A stretch of DNA of 64,000 nt from Eledone cirrhosa (lineage: Eukaryota): contig OZ024741.1 in assembly GCA_964016885.1 (NCBI GenBank), positions 174,344,001-174,408,000 of the forward strand. Direction: 5' to 3'. Below the pieces are notes generated by a model. That model did no database searches, had not been told where the DNA came from, and was given only the letters and a program-made list of their open reading frames with translations. Shown here in pieces: positions 1-11,215 of the stretch. A program made the translations under genes and the position numbers. How positions within the stretch are numbered: the stretch's first letter is position 1; the number at the start of each line of letters is the position of its first letter.

Positions 1-164
1 TGTTGTCGGCCTTAGGCAAAAGCATTTATTTATTCCCTGCAGAGTTGGGTGAAGTTCTTTTGAAGCTCTAAGTACTTTAAAAATTATGATGCACCCTCAT
101 ATATCTGAATACAGCAGATTTCTTTCAGAAAAAGATAGTGAAAGAATAGAAAATAATTATTGTA

Positions 165-520
165 ACTAGTAAAAACCCATCGCTATGTTGCTGGTAAAAA
201 TATTTGTTTATCATGTACGTACCTTCATAAATTGTTCAAATATTGTTTAGATTGATTTTCTCAGTGAAGATTAATTACAGTTTGAATACTGTTGTTGTTT
301 TTATACAAATGGATGATTTGTACATAACAATGGAAAACACCCTTGTTAACTTCAGAGAAAACGTTTCCTAATGAAAAATATTGAAATATGTCAATTTGTT
401 GCCATAAACAATCCATCTCTCTTTCACACACACTCTCTCTCTCCTCTTTTTTCTTCCTTCTACATATATGTTGTGATGGACAGACAGAGAGAGAAACAGA
501 TTCTCTTTTATAATATAGAT
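165..520 (-). mobile_element. Putative non-autonomous Helitron/HINE-like element
   Basis: Minus strand begins ATCTATATTATAAAA (520->506). It ends in a degenerate hairpin plus CTAGT (plus strand aactagtaaaaacccatcgctatgttgctggt, 165-195) and has an internal CA/CT microsatellite. Confidence 0.4.
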
Positions 521-584
521 TAATTATACATGAGTATTCTTTATATTAATGTTAATGATAAAAAATAAATAATATGTAAAGAGG

Positions 585-972
585 TTGTGTAGGTGTCATG
601 ACAAAAAGCACCCAGTCTACACTGTAAAGTGGTCATCTAGGTATTACGACAAAAAGCACCCAGCCTACACTGTAAAGTGGTCATGTAGGTGTCTCAACAA
701 AAAACACACAGCACACACTGTAAAGTGCTCATTAATGTAGGTGTCACAACAAAAAGCACACACTGTAAAGTGGTTGTGCAGACGTCATGACAAAAAGCAC
801 CCAGCACACAATCTAAATGCGATTGGCGTTAGGAAGGGCATCCAGCTGTAGAAACCAAGCCAGAAACAGTTCTGTATGAGCAAGACACGGTCATCTAACC
901 CAAATTGCGGACAACCCGTCTAACCCATGCTAGTGTGGAAAAATGGATGTTAAACGATGACAATGATGATAA
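585..972 (+). mobile_element. RTE 3'-UTR-derived repeat (5'-truncated RTE or partner SINE) with ~43-bp subrepeats
   Basis: About five gtaggtgtcacgacaaaaagcacccagcacacactgtaaagtg units, then ttggcgttaggaagggcatccagctgtagaaacc...cccgtctaacccatgctag...gttaaacgatga. The same sequence forms the 3' UTR of the RTE at 34735-36761. Confidence 0.75.
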
Positions 973-1668
973 TGATTGATTTAAATGAATAAATAAAATT
1001 AAATAGTGATAGCCAGAGTGACAAGATAGAGAAGGTCAAGGGAAATTGAGGATTCACACACCTTACATATTTTGTAATCAAGGAATTATCAAATGAAATA
1101 ACTTTTATTTTAAATGTCAACATACTTTAAAGTACTATACTAGTATATATGTATTCCATTTATGTTGGATGGTTTAACTAATGTGTAGATCTAGTCATTC
1201 CAATTAGAAAATCATAATGCAATAAGCGAAAGACTCAATGTTATGTCTATCATCCATCATAAATACAGTATCTCATGGTTTTTGCAGGAATGGCTTTAAA
1301 TACTCCAATAAAAGGCAGTCTGTCGCAGTGATCACATCGATCAATAGACACCTCCGTATTAATGCTTTGTTTATATTTTGTCTTTTAAATATTTTATGTT
1401 AATTACACCTGATGATGACACCGAATGTTTCGCATCATGATCTGATGACATAAACCAGCTATAGAAATATGTATTGTGTATTTATGCAAAACATTAAAGG
1501 AATATATTGGAATCTGGCCTTCTTTTTTCATTGAAGTATTTAACTCCCTTGTGTAACATAACAACCTCCCTGGTGCTAGTGCCATGATAAAATGCACCCA
1601 ATAGAGTGTGCAATAGTGTGTAAGCAAGATTCAACCCCCACCATATATATACATAAAACTTTATTTGA

Positions 1669-1876
1669 GATATAAAGGAATATATACTGATGATATCAAT
1701 TGAGAAACTGCTAGTATTTAGTAAGAAGATATATTTACTTTATTATGGTAAATTAAAAATTCCTAATTTTAAATTATATACAGTATATCTTCTTACAATT
1801 AAAGTGTTCTATAAACATGTACTAAATACCAGCAATTTCTCAATTGATATTATTGGTATTTAATCCTTTCTATATC
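1669..1876. repeat. Imperfect inverted repeat (~55-bp arms)
   Basis: gatataaaggaa...tcaattgagaaactgctagtatttagta (1669-1723) versus tactaaataccagcaatttctcaattga...tcctttctatatc (1820-1876). Confidence 0.7.
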
Positions 1877-1929
1877 GTTTAAATTTAATAAGCACCAGCC
1901 TGATGAACCTCTGTAGTCAAGATAGACTT

Positions 1930-1978
<49 letters not shown>

Positions 1979-1992
1979 TTAATTTAAGGCAT

Positions 1993-2758
1993 AACACCCT
2001 ACTCAATTTCAGTGGGAATTTCTTTTGTATTTTTGTGTTCTATCAACTAATCTAACTTCCAAGATTCTGGCTTTTCCAGAATGGAGATTGTGGCGTGTTC
2101 CATCCCTCGGAGTTTTTCCCTGCAACATTTCTTTTTGTGTGTTATCAATGAGTAGGGCTTCCAAACCAGTCAGAAACAATTCGATTTGTAGAAAACATAG
2201 GGTGAACTGGGGCAAAAAGACCATCAGAGTTTTGCAGATCTACACACCTCTCACATTTGGTGGGAAAAAGTTATCTTTCCTTGTTTTGGGGGGCTTTTTT
2301 TTACCTCTTAGATGCTTGCAATTCACTTTTTCCCAGAAAATGGAAACCCTAACCCTAAATCTAAACCTAACCCTAAAAGTAACCATAAACCTAAACCTAA
2401 CTCTAAAACTAACCCTAACCCAAACCCTAATCCAGGAAAAAAAAGTCAATTGCAAGCATCTAAGAAGTCGAGAAATAAACAAGAAAAATAATTATTTCCT
2501 ACAAAACGCAAGAGGTGTGTGGATCTGTGAAACTTCAATGGTTTTTTTCGCACCCTTTCACCCTCTTATTCTTCAAATCTAATTGTTTCAAACTGATTTG
2601 GAGATTATATTCATTGATAATATGCAAAAAAAAAAATAATAATCTGCAGGGAAAACTCTCTCTGGGAAAAAACTTGATTGCCAGGATCATGGAGATTTGA
2701 TTAGTTGATAGATAGCACATGAAAAAAATTTGTTCTCACTGAAATCGAATGGTGTGTT
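1993..2758. mobile_element. Foldback element with long imperfect arms and a central (CCCTAA)n-like tract
   Basis: Arm matches include aacaccctactcaatttcagtgggaa/ttctcactgaaatcgaatggtgtgtt, tatcaactaatc/gattagttgata and cttagatgcttgcaatt/aattgcaagcatctaag. The centre (2345-2430) is aaccctaaccctaaatctaaacctaaccct... Confidence 0.75.
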
Positions 2759-2767
2759 CTTCTATAA

Positions 2768-2960
2768 TAATTGTTTCTATTTTCGGCACAAGGCCAGCAA
2801 TTATCCCAGTGCATTACTGGTACTTTATTTTATTGACCCCGTAAGGATGAAAGGCAAAGTTAACATCGGTGAGATTTGAACTCAAACCGTAAAAGGACGT
2901 AACTCTGTGCTGGAAAGCATGGTGCCTGACCCTCTACCGATACTGCCAATCCACCACCCT
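2768..2960 (-). mobile_element. tRNA-derived SINE, family A, with ~17-bp TSD
   Basis: Minus strand has A-box tggcagtatcgg, B-box gagttcaaatc and the core ctttgcctttcatccttacggggtc. tgttcttctataataat occurs on both sides (~2755 and 2960). Confidence 0.85.
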
Positions 2961-3123
2961 GTTCTTCTATAATAATACCATTAGCTTCCAAAATTCATAG
3001 CAAAAGACTTTAAAATGTTTATTTGTAAACATATGTATATCATTAGATATACAAAATACACATACTTATATGTATACAGCTATGTTGGAGTAAATACCTT
3101 AATTCTATATATATATATATAAG

Positions 3124-3247
3124 TAGTTCCACAATAGTTAGTTCACCATACTGAGAACAAATGTTTCACCTTATTCGGATACTCAGCTCAGTCTAAGTAA
3201 GGTGAAACATTTGTTTTCGGTATGGTGAACTAACTGTTGTGGAACTA
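3124..3247. repeat. Foldback hairpin between TA tracts containing an HHR-like motif
   Basis: ~50-bp near-perfect arms. Minus 3192->3150 reads actgag-CTGAGTA-tccgaataaggt-GAAA-catttg-TT-ctcagt. Confidence 0.75.
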
Positions 3248-3332
3248 ATTCTACCAAACTCATCCCATGGACTGAGTGCTCTGCATATATATATATATAT
3301 ATATATTTATTTTATATATATATATATATACT

Positions 3333-3360
<28 letters not shown>

Positions 3361-3363
<3 letters not shown>

Positions 3364-3512
3364 ATAATAATAAATTTCAAGACTAAAATCCAAAGAGGGC
3401 TCGATAAGGATAAATATATATCAAATATATAAGAACCGTAGAGCAAATACTTACCCGTTAAGGGTGAAAGCAGCGATTCTTTGCTTAAACTTTAATCTGT
3501 TATTTTAATAAA
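3361..3512. mobile_element. TA-embedded mini-element, family V (other copies 34519-34720 and 36878-37078)
   Basis: Near-identical aagactaaaatccaaagagggctcgataagg...agggtgaaagcagcgattctttgcttaaactttaatctg at 3361 and 34519, with a diverged copy at 36878. Confidence 0.75.
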
Positions 3513-3695
3513 TATATATATATATATATATATTAGAATTGGTGCTCTGAAATAGCGATATATATATATATGAATGTATATATAGTGTATTTTGCAATAC
3601 ACTGTATGTTTAATTAAAAGCATTTTGAAGACCATACGCTATTGTTTTAAAGTAGCGACAATGTCACTTACTTCAATTTTCAGCAAACAAGGGGA

Positions 3696-3748
3696 GATAA
3701 GCTGACAGAGGTCTGTTTCATACTTGTTGGTACTTATCAAAGTTCACC
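3696..3748 (-). ncRNA. Type I hammerhead ribozyme, U3-A8 core variant
   Basis: ggtgaact-TTGATAA-gtac caacaa gtat-GAAA-caga cc tctg-TC-agcttatc, with a GUC triplet. Stem I extends further through cagcaaaca/tgtttgctg. Confidence 0.7.
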
Positions 3749-3853
3749 ACTCCTCCTGTTTGCTGAAAATGATGAATGTTGGAATTCTATAAGAATCCAA
3801 CATTCATCATTTTCAGCAAACAGGAGTGGTGACCTTTAAAAAAATAGCAGCCG

Positions 3854-4513
3854 TCCATTACGACTTGAACACATATATGTATATGTCTGTGTTGTTTTTG
3901 TTTTTTTGTTCAGTTATACTATAAGGCTCAGAAAAACATCTTTCCTAGAGCTAATTTACTGTAATGAGACTATTTTGAGTTCTAACTCAATACATGCCTT
4001 TGATATATTCGGTTCCGTTAATTCAAATGTCGAGTAAACCCGGCTGCTATTTTTAGTGGCCTGAGTCTGCGAGACACGCTAAGTTCAGGAACCATGTGCG
4101 TTACATATACACACACAATCCAGTTTCTTATTATATTTAGAAGTGATCAGGATACTAATAATTCTTCACCGCTGATGAGCTAGGATTTAGGTATTCCTCT
4201 TCACAAATAATATTGCGAAACAGTACTATCAAAACTGTCCGGGTGATCGGTAGTTACCACAATTCTGGTTTGTAATTATTTTTCTTGATTTATTCTTAAA
4301 TTGAGTCTAGCAAACCTTATTGTCTGTAGTTAGTATTCTTTTCACCTTAATGATTCTAGTCCATTACGACTTGAACACATATATGTATATGTCTGTGTTC
4401 GTTTTTCTTTTTTGTTCAGTTATACTATACGGCTCGGAAAAACCTCTTCCTATAGCTAATTTACTGTAATGAGACTATTTTGAGTTTCTAACTCAATACA
4501 TGGCTTTGATATA
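3854..4513 (+). mobile_element. Direct-repeat-bounded HHR-carrying element (pLTR- or retrozyme-like)
   Basis: ~155-bp direct repeats tccattacgacttgaacac...tttgatatat at ~3854-4008 and ~4360-4513 flank an HHR. Confidence 0.65.
4166..4246 (+). ncRNA. Type I hammerhead ribozyme (canonical core)
   Basis: tcaccg-CTGATGA-gc...gc-GAAA-cagt actatcaaa actg-TC-cgggtga, with a GUC triplet. Stems I and III pair. Confidence 0.75.
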
Positions 4514-4639
4514 TATATATATATATATCACCTTGATCACCTTGACCGACCAGTCTGTCGGGCGACAATCGGCGCCGCTGGTCACAGCACGTCGTGCTGT
4601 TTTAGCCATAAGATAGAGCGCCATCCCACTGGCTGGGCG

Positions 4640-4801
4640 TACTCCATTACCAAAGGTTTCTGGATCACAGACGATAATAATTTAGACGTCGAGATGTTAT
4701 AGATAAAAGATATCTTTTATCCATAACATCTCTATCTGACGACCGATCCAGACGTTTATATTATTATCGTCTGTGATCCAGAAACCTTTGGTAATGGAGT
4801 A
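4640..4801. repeat. Foldback hairpin with nested inner hairpin
   Basis: tactccattaccaaaggtttctggatcacagacgataata versus its exact reverse complement. Inner pair gagatgttat/ataacatctc. Confidence 0.8.
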
Positions 4802-4893
4802 GTTATATTTTGTGTTGTTCACTTTCTAATTAAATACCTCTGTTCTATACATAGAGCACTCTTTTTCATTTGCTTTTCCTTTTGAATTATGTA

Positions 4894-4927
<34 letters not shown>

Positions 4928-5614
4928 CCTATCTGGATGTTGGTCTTTATTTACTACTACTAATACGACTACTATTACGATAGATTTACGGTAGATAGAT
5001 ACATAGACAGGTATAAATATCAATCTTGACATTTCTCAACTTATTTGTATATACATATATGTATGTATACAAACACAAATTGTATACTTATATGCATATA
5101 CTAAATCTATAAGTGTATATATATATATATGTGTGTGTGCGTGTGTGTGTGTGTTTAACTATATATATATTTAGTGTTTAACTATTTATATATTTATACA
5201 TAAATGTTATGTGTATATATATGAACGTGTTTATATATTTGTATGCATATATATGAGAAAGTTGGAGAGAGAGAGATAAAGAGATACTTAAACGGTAAAT
5301 ACGAAATCTGTTGAACTCACGGTTAAGCCAGTGGCTGTAGTATTTTATATGTGTGTGTATATATTACATATATAAAAAAAAGGTAAAAGAGACATATTTA
5401 AGTTATATGATGGAAGGAAAGTTGATTTCCATGAGACAGGGATTGTTAATAAATAGTCTGTTAGATGTGAGTGGGTCTAAGGACGATACTTGTTAAACAT
5501 GCATGTAGTACGTGATGGTTATCTTCCAACTTTTTAAATAAACTTACAATAAAGCAGGCAAATTCAGCAGTCCTTTACACCGATTATAAAAGTTGGCGAA
5601 ATTTTGGTAACTAT

Positions 5615-5814
5615 NNNNNNNNNNNNNNNNNNNNNNNNNNNNNNNNNNNNNNNNNNNNNNNNNNNNNNNNNNNNNNNNNNNNNNNNNNNNNNNNNNNNNN
5701 NNNNNNNNNNNNNNNNNNNNNNNNNNNNNNNNNNNNNNNNNNNNNNNNNNNNNNNNNNNNNNNNNNNNNNNNNNNNNNNNNNNNNNNNNNNNNNNNNNNN
5801 NNNNNNNNNNNNNN
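5615..5814. other. Assembly gap (200 N)
   Basis: Run of N. Confidence 0.99.
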
Positions 5815-6086
5815 AAGTGAATCGCGTAAAGCGAGTGAGACAAGTAAACAACATAGAAGGATAAAAGCAATATATATATATATATAATAACTTCGTTCTA
5901 ACCAACTGGAAGTTTATAATAAATAGAAGTGAAAATCAACAGGTGCGTGTGTTTTCATTGACAGCATGACTCTCCCAAAGTATATATGTATGTGTTTGTG
6001 CTGTTGACGAACGTGAGAAGGAATTCTCAATACCGAAATAGAGTTAATTTAATATGGCTAAGTGGTAAGCGTTGTTACTCTGGAGT

Positions 6087-7000
6087 TTCACCACAGCAAT
6101 GGAGTGAATTGGGTTTGTCTCTTCCTGGGAAGGTGGAGGACAGTGGAAGTCAGAGAACTTGGGACAGCATAAGTTCGAAGGCCACCTTCGACTCCCTCTT
6201 TGTCCAGTCGGATCAGTTTGCAAGGTACCGCTTACTATCTGCCAGCACCAAATACTCAGGCGACTGGGTTGATGCCCTACCCGCGGCCAAGGGTGGTGGC
6301 TTACTCATCCTGGACGAATTTCGTGCCTCCATCGCCCTCAGAGTGGGAGCTGACGTCTGCATGGGTTTGAGGTGCTGATGCGGCAAACTCCTCGACTCCA
6401 CAGGCCTCAACCGTCTTTCTTGCCGCTTGAATGCCGATCACTTCGCGCATACATGGAGCTAAACCTCATTCTCAAGAGAGCTTTGGCCCGGGCGAACATC
6501 CCCTCAATCTTAGAACCATTTGGATTGTCCAGAAGTGACGGCAAAAGACCTGACGGTCTTACCCTGTGCCCCTGGTCGAGAGGCAGGTGCCTTGTCTGCG
6601 ACGTCACTGTTAGTGACTCTTTTGCTTCTACCCACATCCTCGATGCTGTGGTTGGGACGAGAGCCACAGCTTCCGCAGCCGAGCGGAGTAAGACCCTCAA
6701 ATACTGTGAATGTCGGCCAGCTACATTTTTCAGCCTGTGGCTTTCGAGGCGTTTGGGGGAGTCGGGCTGCTGACTGCGAGGTTCTTCTCTTCACTGGCGG
6801 CTCGCCTAATAGAGGTAACTGGCAAATCTCATGAGGGCGCTTGGTGGTTCCAGCACATTAGCCTCGCCATCACCCAAGGCAACGCTGCGAGTGTGCTGGC
6901 TTGCCTAAAAAATCATTAGAGAGGTTGCCTGGTACTCATCGCAATGCTGCTGTCTTTTCTTTTGCTCTGGTGTTGGCTCGGTTGTTCACCCCTTCCTTTA
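6087..7000 (+). mobile_element. 3' fragment of CRE-like non-LTR retrotransposon (RLE endonuclease), frameshifted
   Basis: Motifs across three frames: SGDWVDALP...EFRASIALRVG, LKRALARANIPSILEPFGLSRSDGKRPDGLTLCPWSRGRCLVCDVTVSD (PD-(D/E)xK type) and FQPVAFEAFG...QHISLAITQGNAASVL. Confidence 0.85.
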
Positions 7001-7293
7001 CATTTTCTTTAATATTGCAACATTAAAATAATATATCCTTCTGAAAGAATTGCGAGCAATTTATAATGTTATCTAAGCATTTTTAATGTTATTTGTGTAT
7101 ATTTAACGAAGGGTATTAATAGTTGTTAGTTGTTAGAATGATTATAACATGGTTGTTAGATGAAATAACAAGAATGGCCGATTTGCTTTATATATAAAGG
7201 TTTACTTCACTTCAATCAAAAAGAACAATAAATATATTACCACGAGTTGCGAAGGTTGACAATGTTATTTTTGTTGTTGGTTCATGAGGCTGT

Positions 7294-8550
7294 TGTAGTC
7301 TGAGACCATAGTGAGAGAGAGAGAGAGTAATGGTCTGTAGTTGACTGTAGACCACTGTGGCATGTAGATAGTGGTGATCTTTACATAGCTTGTTGCTAGC
7401 ATAATGCTCCAATCTCTCTGTATAGTCTGGGGAATATACAGGCTTTATATACCTGTCGCTTTCTGTCTCTCACCTTGAGGGGATAGCCCACACATGAACC
7501 TGTTCACACCAAAAGGGTGGTGACCTAGAGTTTTGCCTTTAGGTGTCACCCAAAGTTTAAGGCGTGGACAGATCTCGCTACATTAGTTCCCTACCCAGAT
7601 CGTTGGAAGGAGCAGCGATCGATTACAAATGGGGTAGCGAAATCTGATTGTAGAAGCGTGTCCCAAAACATACAAAATGTGGGTACTGCGCCTGCATTTC
7701 GAGTGTAGAGAAATTTGGAGAGAGAAGAAAAAAAATATATTATATAACTGTGTATGCATGTGTGTGTGTGTGTGTAACATTTAGAAGAAACTGTAAATAT
7801 ACAAAGTTGTGATCATGTATTTCGAACTGTTGTGTATGGATGACTGAACGTTGGGTTACGGTATCGGATTACGATATGATAACACAGTGGACTATTTCTT
7901 TTGATGTATCATCATACGTAAGATTCCTTTCCAGTGAGTCGAGGTTTACGCTATGACATGAGTGTGTGCAATTGAGTTGCGTGCCTCAGTGAGTCCAGGC
8001 GTGTACCCGTGGGTTGTTTATCATGTGTTTAATAGATGTTGCCGAACCTCGACCCGTTGAATCTCGATGTATTATCATACGTAAGATGCTTTTCCAGTGA
8101 GTCGAGGTTTATGCTATGACATGAGTGAGTGCAATTTTGAGTTGCGTGCTTGAGTGAGTCCAAGAGAGTAGTAACCGTGGGTGAGTTTCTCATGTGTTTA
8201 ATAGCTGTTGCCGTACCTCGACCAGTTGAAAAGTGATCTCACAGAGACCCAACCGAATCCAGAATATACCATAGACAAAAACATGTTGGTGGTGTGACAA
8301 AGAAAATGACGTGTTTGATGCAAAACGTGTATTTTTATACAGGCATATACAACCTGTGGCCTGTAGATAGCAGTGATCTTTATATAGCTTGTTGGTAGTG
8401 TAATGCTCCGATTTCTCTGTATAGTCTAGGGAATATACAGGCTTTATATACCTGTCACTTTCTGCCCACGCATGAACCAAAAGGGTGGTGACCTAAAGTT
8501 TGACCTTTAGGTGTCACCCAAGGTTCAAGGTGTGGACAGATCTCGCTACA
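7294..8550 (-). mobile_element. Possible TRIM-like non-autonomous LTR element
   Basis: Direct repeats ~7355-7582 and ~8355-8550 both end in gatctcgctaca (TGTAG on minus). The purine-rich gggtagggaactaa abuts one repeat on minus. There is an internal ~165-bp tandem duplication (7900-8225). Confidence 0.5.
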
Positions 8551-8646
8551 TATATATTTAAAACATATTTGTTATGTTATTCTACTGTAAATTTATCTAT
8601 ATGCTTTGTAAAATAAATATTATTGATAATATTAAGTCATAATAAA

Positions 8647-8692
<46 letters not shown>

Positions 8693-8762
8693 CGTATATC
8701 TATCTCAGTGAGACCTTAGTATTTTTTGGCCATACTCGATAACGAGGGGACAGCCATCATCT

Positions 8763-8822
<60 letters not shown>

Positions 8823-8930
8823 ATATATACCCAAAATTTAAATTAAATTAAAGGTGTCATATCAGAGAGACATGCACCATATCCACTGTAGAATATGCTC
8901 CAAGATTCCAATGAATAGATCCGAGCATTT

Positions 8931-9510
8931 TATATCAACTAGAAATTGATTGACATATATATATATATATAAAATAAACATATGAAACAATCACAGGGGA
9001 TAATTTGTAAAAGTGTGTAAGTACACAGAGCTATGTGGGTAACTAATTAAAGTTTAACTAGGACTTCAAAAATAGATACCTTATAAATTGATTAATCTTC
9101 CTTGTATATATTTCATTAAAGAAATATATTTTACCAATTAATCGATTGGTAAACGACAGTAGCCAAATCTGGATTTTCAACAAGGAAGAAGACTTAACTA
9201 TCTGTGTTCACACATCAAATTCAAATCTGTGTAAACACAGATAGTTAAGTCTTCTTCCTTGTTGAAAATCTAGGATATGGCTACTGTCGTTTACCAATCG
9301 ATTAATTGGTAAAATATATTTCTTTAATGAAATATATACAAGGAAGATTAATCAATTTATAAGGTATCTATTTTTGAAGTTCTAGTTAAACTTTAATTAG
9401 TTACCCACAATGCTCTGTGTGCTTACACACTTTTACAAATTATCCCCTGTGATTGTTTCATATGTTTATTTTAGATATATATATATGTCAATCAATTTCT
9501 AGTTGATATA
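8931..9510. repeat. Large foldback (~280-bp arms) in TA context
   Basis: Left 8931-9212 is the reverse complement of right 9227-9510, with a few substitutions and indels. Confidence 0.9.
9253..9347 (+). ncRNA. Hammerhead-like motif, U3-A8 core variant (mirror copy in the left arm)
   Basis: tcttccttg-TTGAAAA-(60 nt with tttaccaat/attggtaaa hairpin)-GAAA-tata-TA-caaggaaga. Stem I is 9 bp; the base of stem II is weak. Confidence 0.55.
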
Positions 9511-9605
9511 TATATATATATATATATAACGAAGGAAATGTGGTAAGGAACCAGGTGGACCATAACGCACCAAAGTACTCAATACTTAGGGTAGTAGAGT
9601 GGGTA

Positions 9606-9689
9606 ATAGGAACCAGTAAGACCCCGACGGCTGAGCTCAAGCCGTCGAAACGGCTTGAGCTCAGCCGTCGGGGTCTTACTGGTTCCTAT
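9606..9689. repeat. Near-perfect palindrome folded at the 3' half of an HHR
   Basis: ataggaaccagtaagaccccgacggc...gccgtcggggtcttactggttcctat. It contains GAAA-cggc ttgagctca gccg-TC-ggggtc. A related copy lies at 50347-50395. Confidence 0.8.
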
Positions 9690-10384
9690 ATATATATATA
9701 TATATATATAAACTGATAGCGTATGGTCTTCTAAATGTTTTTAATTAAACATACGGAACATTGCCAAATATACCATACATACATTCATATATATATATAT
9801 ATAGGCTTAAAAATGGAATGAGAGTAAGAAAAAAGCAAGAACAGGGTGGGGGGGGGGGTTCTCGTCAGTTGTCTCCTGGAGGTCTCAGATATTTCGACGC
9901 TTTAAAGACAATATATCTACCCCAGGGCGTTCAATAACTGGGTAAGTTATTGGGAAAACGGAGGAGAGAGAGAAGGAAAATAGAAGGGAAAAGGGGAAAA
10001 GAGAAAACAGCGAAAATAACAACAACAAACCGAAGAATGTGCAGCAACTAGGAAGAGAATCCAAGATCACAGCGGTAACAGAACATAAGTTCGAGAGCGT
10101 GTGATCAAATGAAAAAGCCGACCGACCCAAGCAAGTATATATATATATATATAACCAAAATTAAATTAAGGATGTCATGTCTGAGAAACAAGCGCCATAC
10201 CACCTGTAGAATAAACTCAAAGATTCTAAGGGATAAATCCGAGCATTATATATAGTGGTTATAAATGATTCTTTGGGTATTGTTTGTTGTCCAAATATGT
10301 TCAGTAACTGTAACGGATGTGGATTTGATGTTAATTTGTTGTTGAATGAATTGGTCCGTGGTTCATTGTAGTGTGGCAGGAATG

Positions 10385-10740
10385 GTAACCCCTCATCTGG
10401 GATGCCCCATTCAGTGACACATTCTCTAGTGGCAACCTAGTGCAGTCTGCGACTAACCCACACTCTGTTGTACTTTGGGCTGAGGAGGGTAAACTCTACA
10501 AATATCGGTCGCTCTCCGACAGGTTTGCAGTTGGGCCCCTAGCAATGGAGACCTCTGCTGTCCTTGGCTCTAGGGCCACCTCCCTACTCACCCCCATAAG
10601 CGCTGAGCTGGCTACCTGCAGGTGTGAACCTCGTGAACTAGAATGGCTCTTCCAGTGCATCTCCCTTACCATCCTCCGGGGAAACACCTTCTCTATTCTG
10701 TCCAATGGGACCCCATTTGCTCATAATAGTGAGAGATGAG
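10385..10740 (+). mobile_element. CRE-like RLE LINE 3' fragment
   Basis: AEEGKLYKYRSLSDRFAVGPLAMETSAVLG...LFQCISLTILRGN, homologous to the end of 6087-7000. Confidence 0.75.
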
Positions 10741-11215
10741 GAGGGCGAGAGAGACCGGGGCAATGACAGCGGGAATTTGGTTCCTGTGTTCGGACGTGGT
10801 GTACATGTGTGTGTAATTTTACACTATCAACCCGTTCCCGTCACTAGAATATATTTTATTCTGTACCTTCACTATCATACGATCAAAATTATAATTGCAA
10901 TGAATTAAAAGAATGCTGGAAAAGAAAGTTATATCAGAATGTAACTAAGTTTCAAGAGTAGAAATTATATTATCTATTGGTCACATTTAAAGATCATAAA
11001 AAGAAACGCCAAAATTAATGATGAGTTGATTCCAGCGCTTTCCAATATCTGTTTTTGAATTAAAAAAAAAAAAGTGTTGGCTTGATGGGTAAATGTGTTA
11101 ATTGATCTTTCCCATATAAAGCAATGTGTGGAATACCGTAGTGAATGAAGGATAAACAATAGCCGCTACTTTAATACTTTTATTAAGTAATAACTTGATT
11201 CGAAGTTATGGGTAA

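Noticed and set aside
1683-1722. CTGATGA-tatcaattga-GAAA-ctgctag-TA in the 1669-1876 foldback
   Set aside because: The core and stem III fit, but stem I is out of register and stem II is marginal. It is kept only as a possible decayed HHR.
2025-2582. 185-aa ORF
   Set aside because: It lies inside the foldback element, and its LTLNLNLTL stretch is translated CCCTAA repeat.
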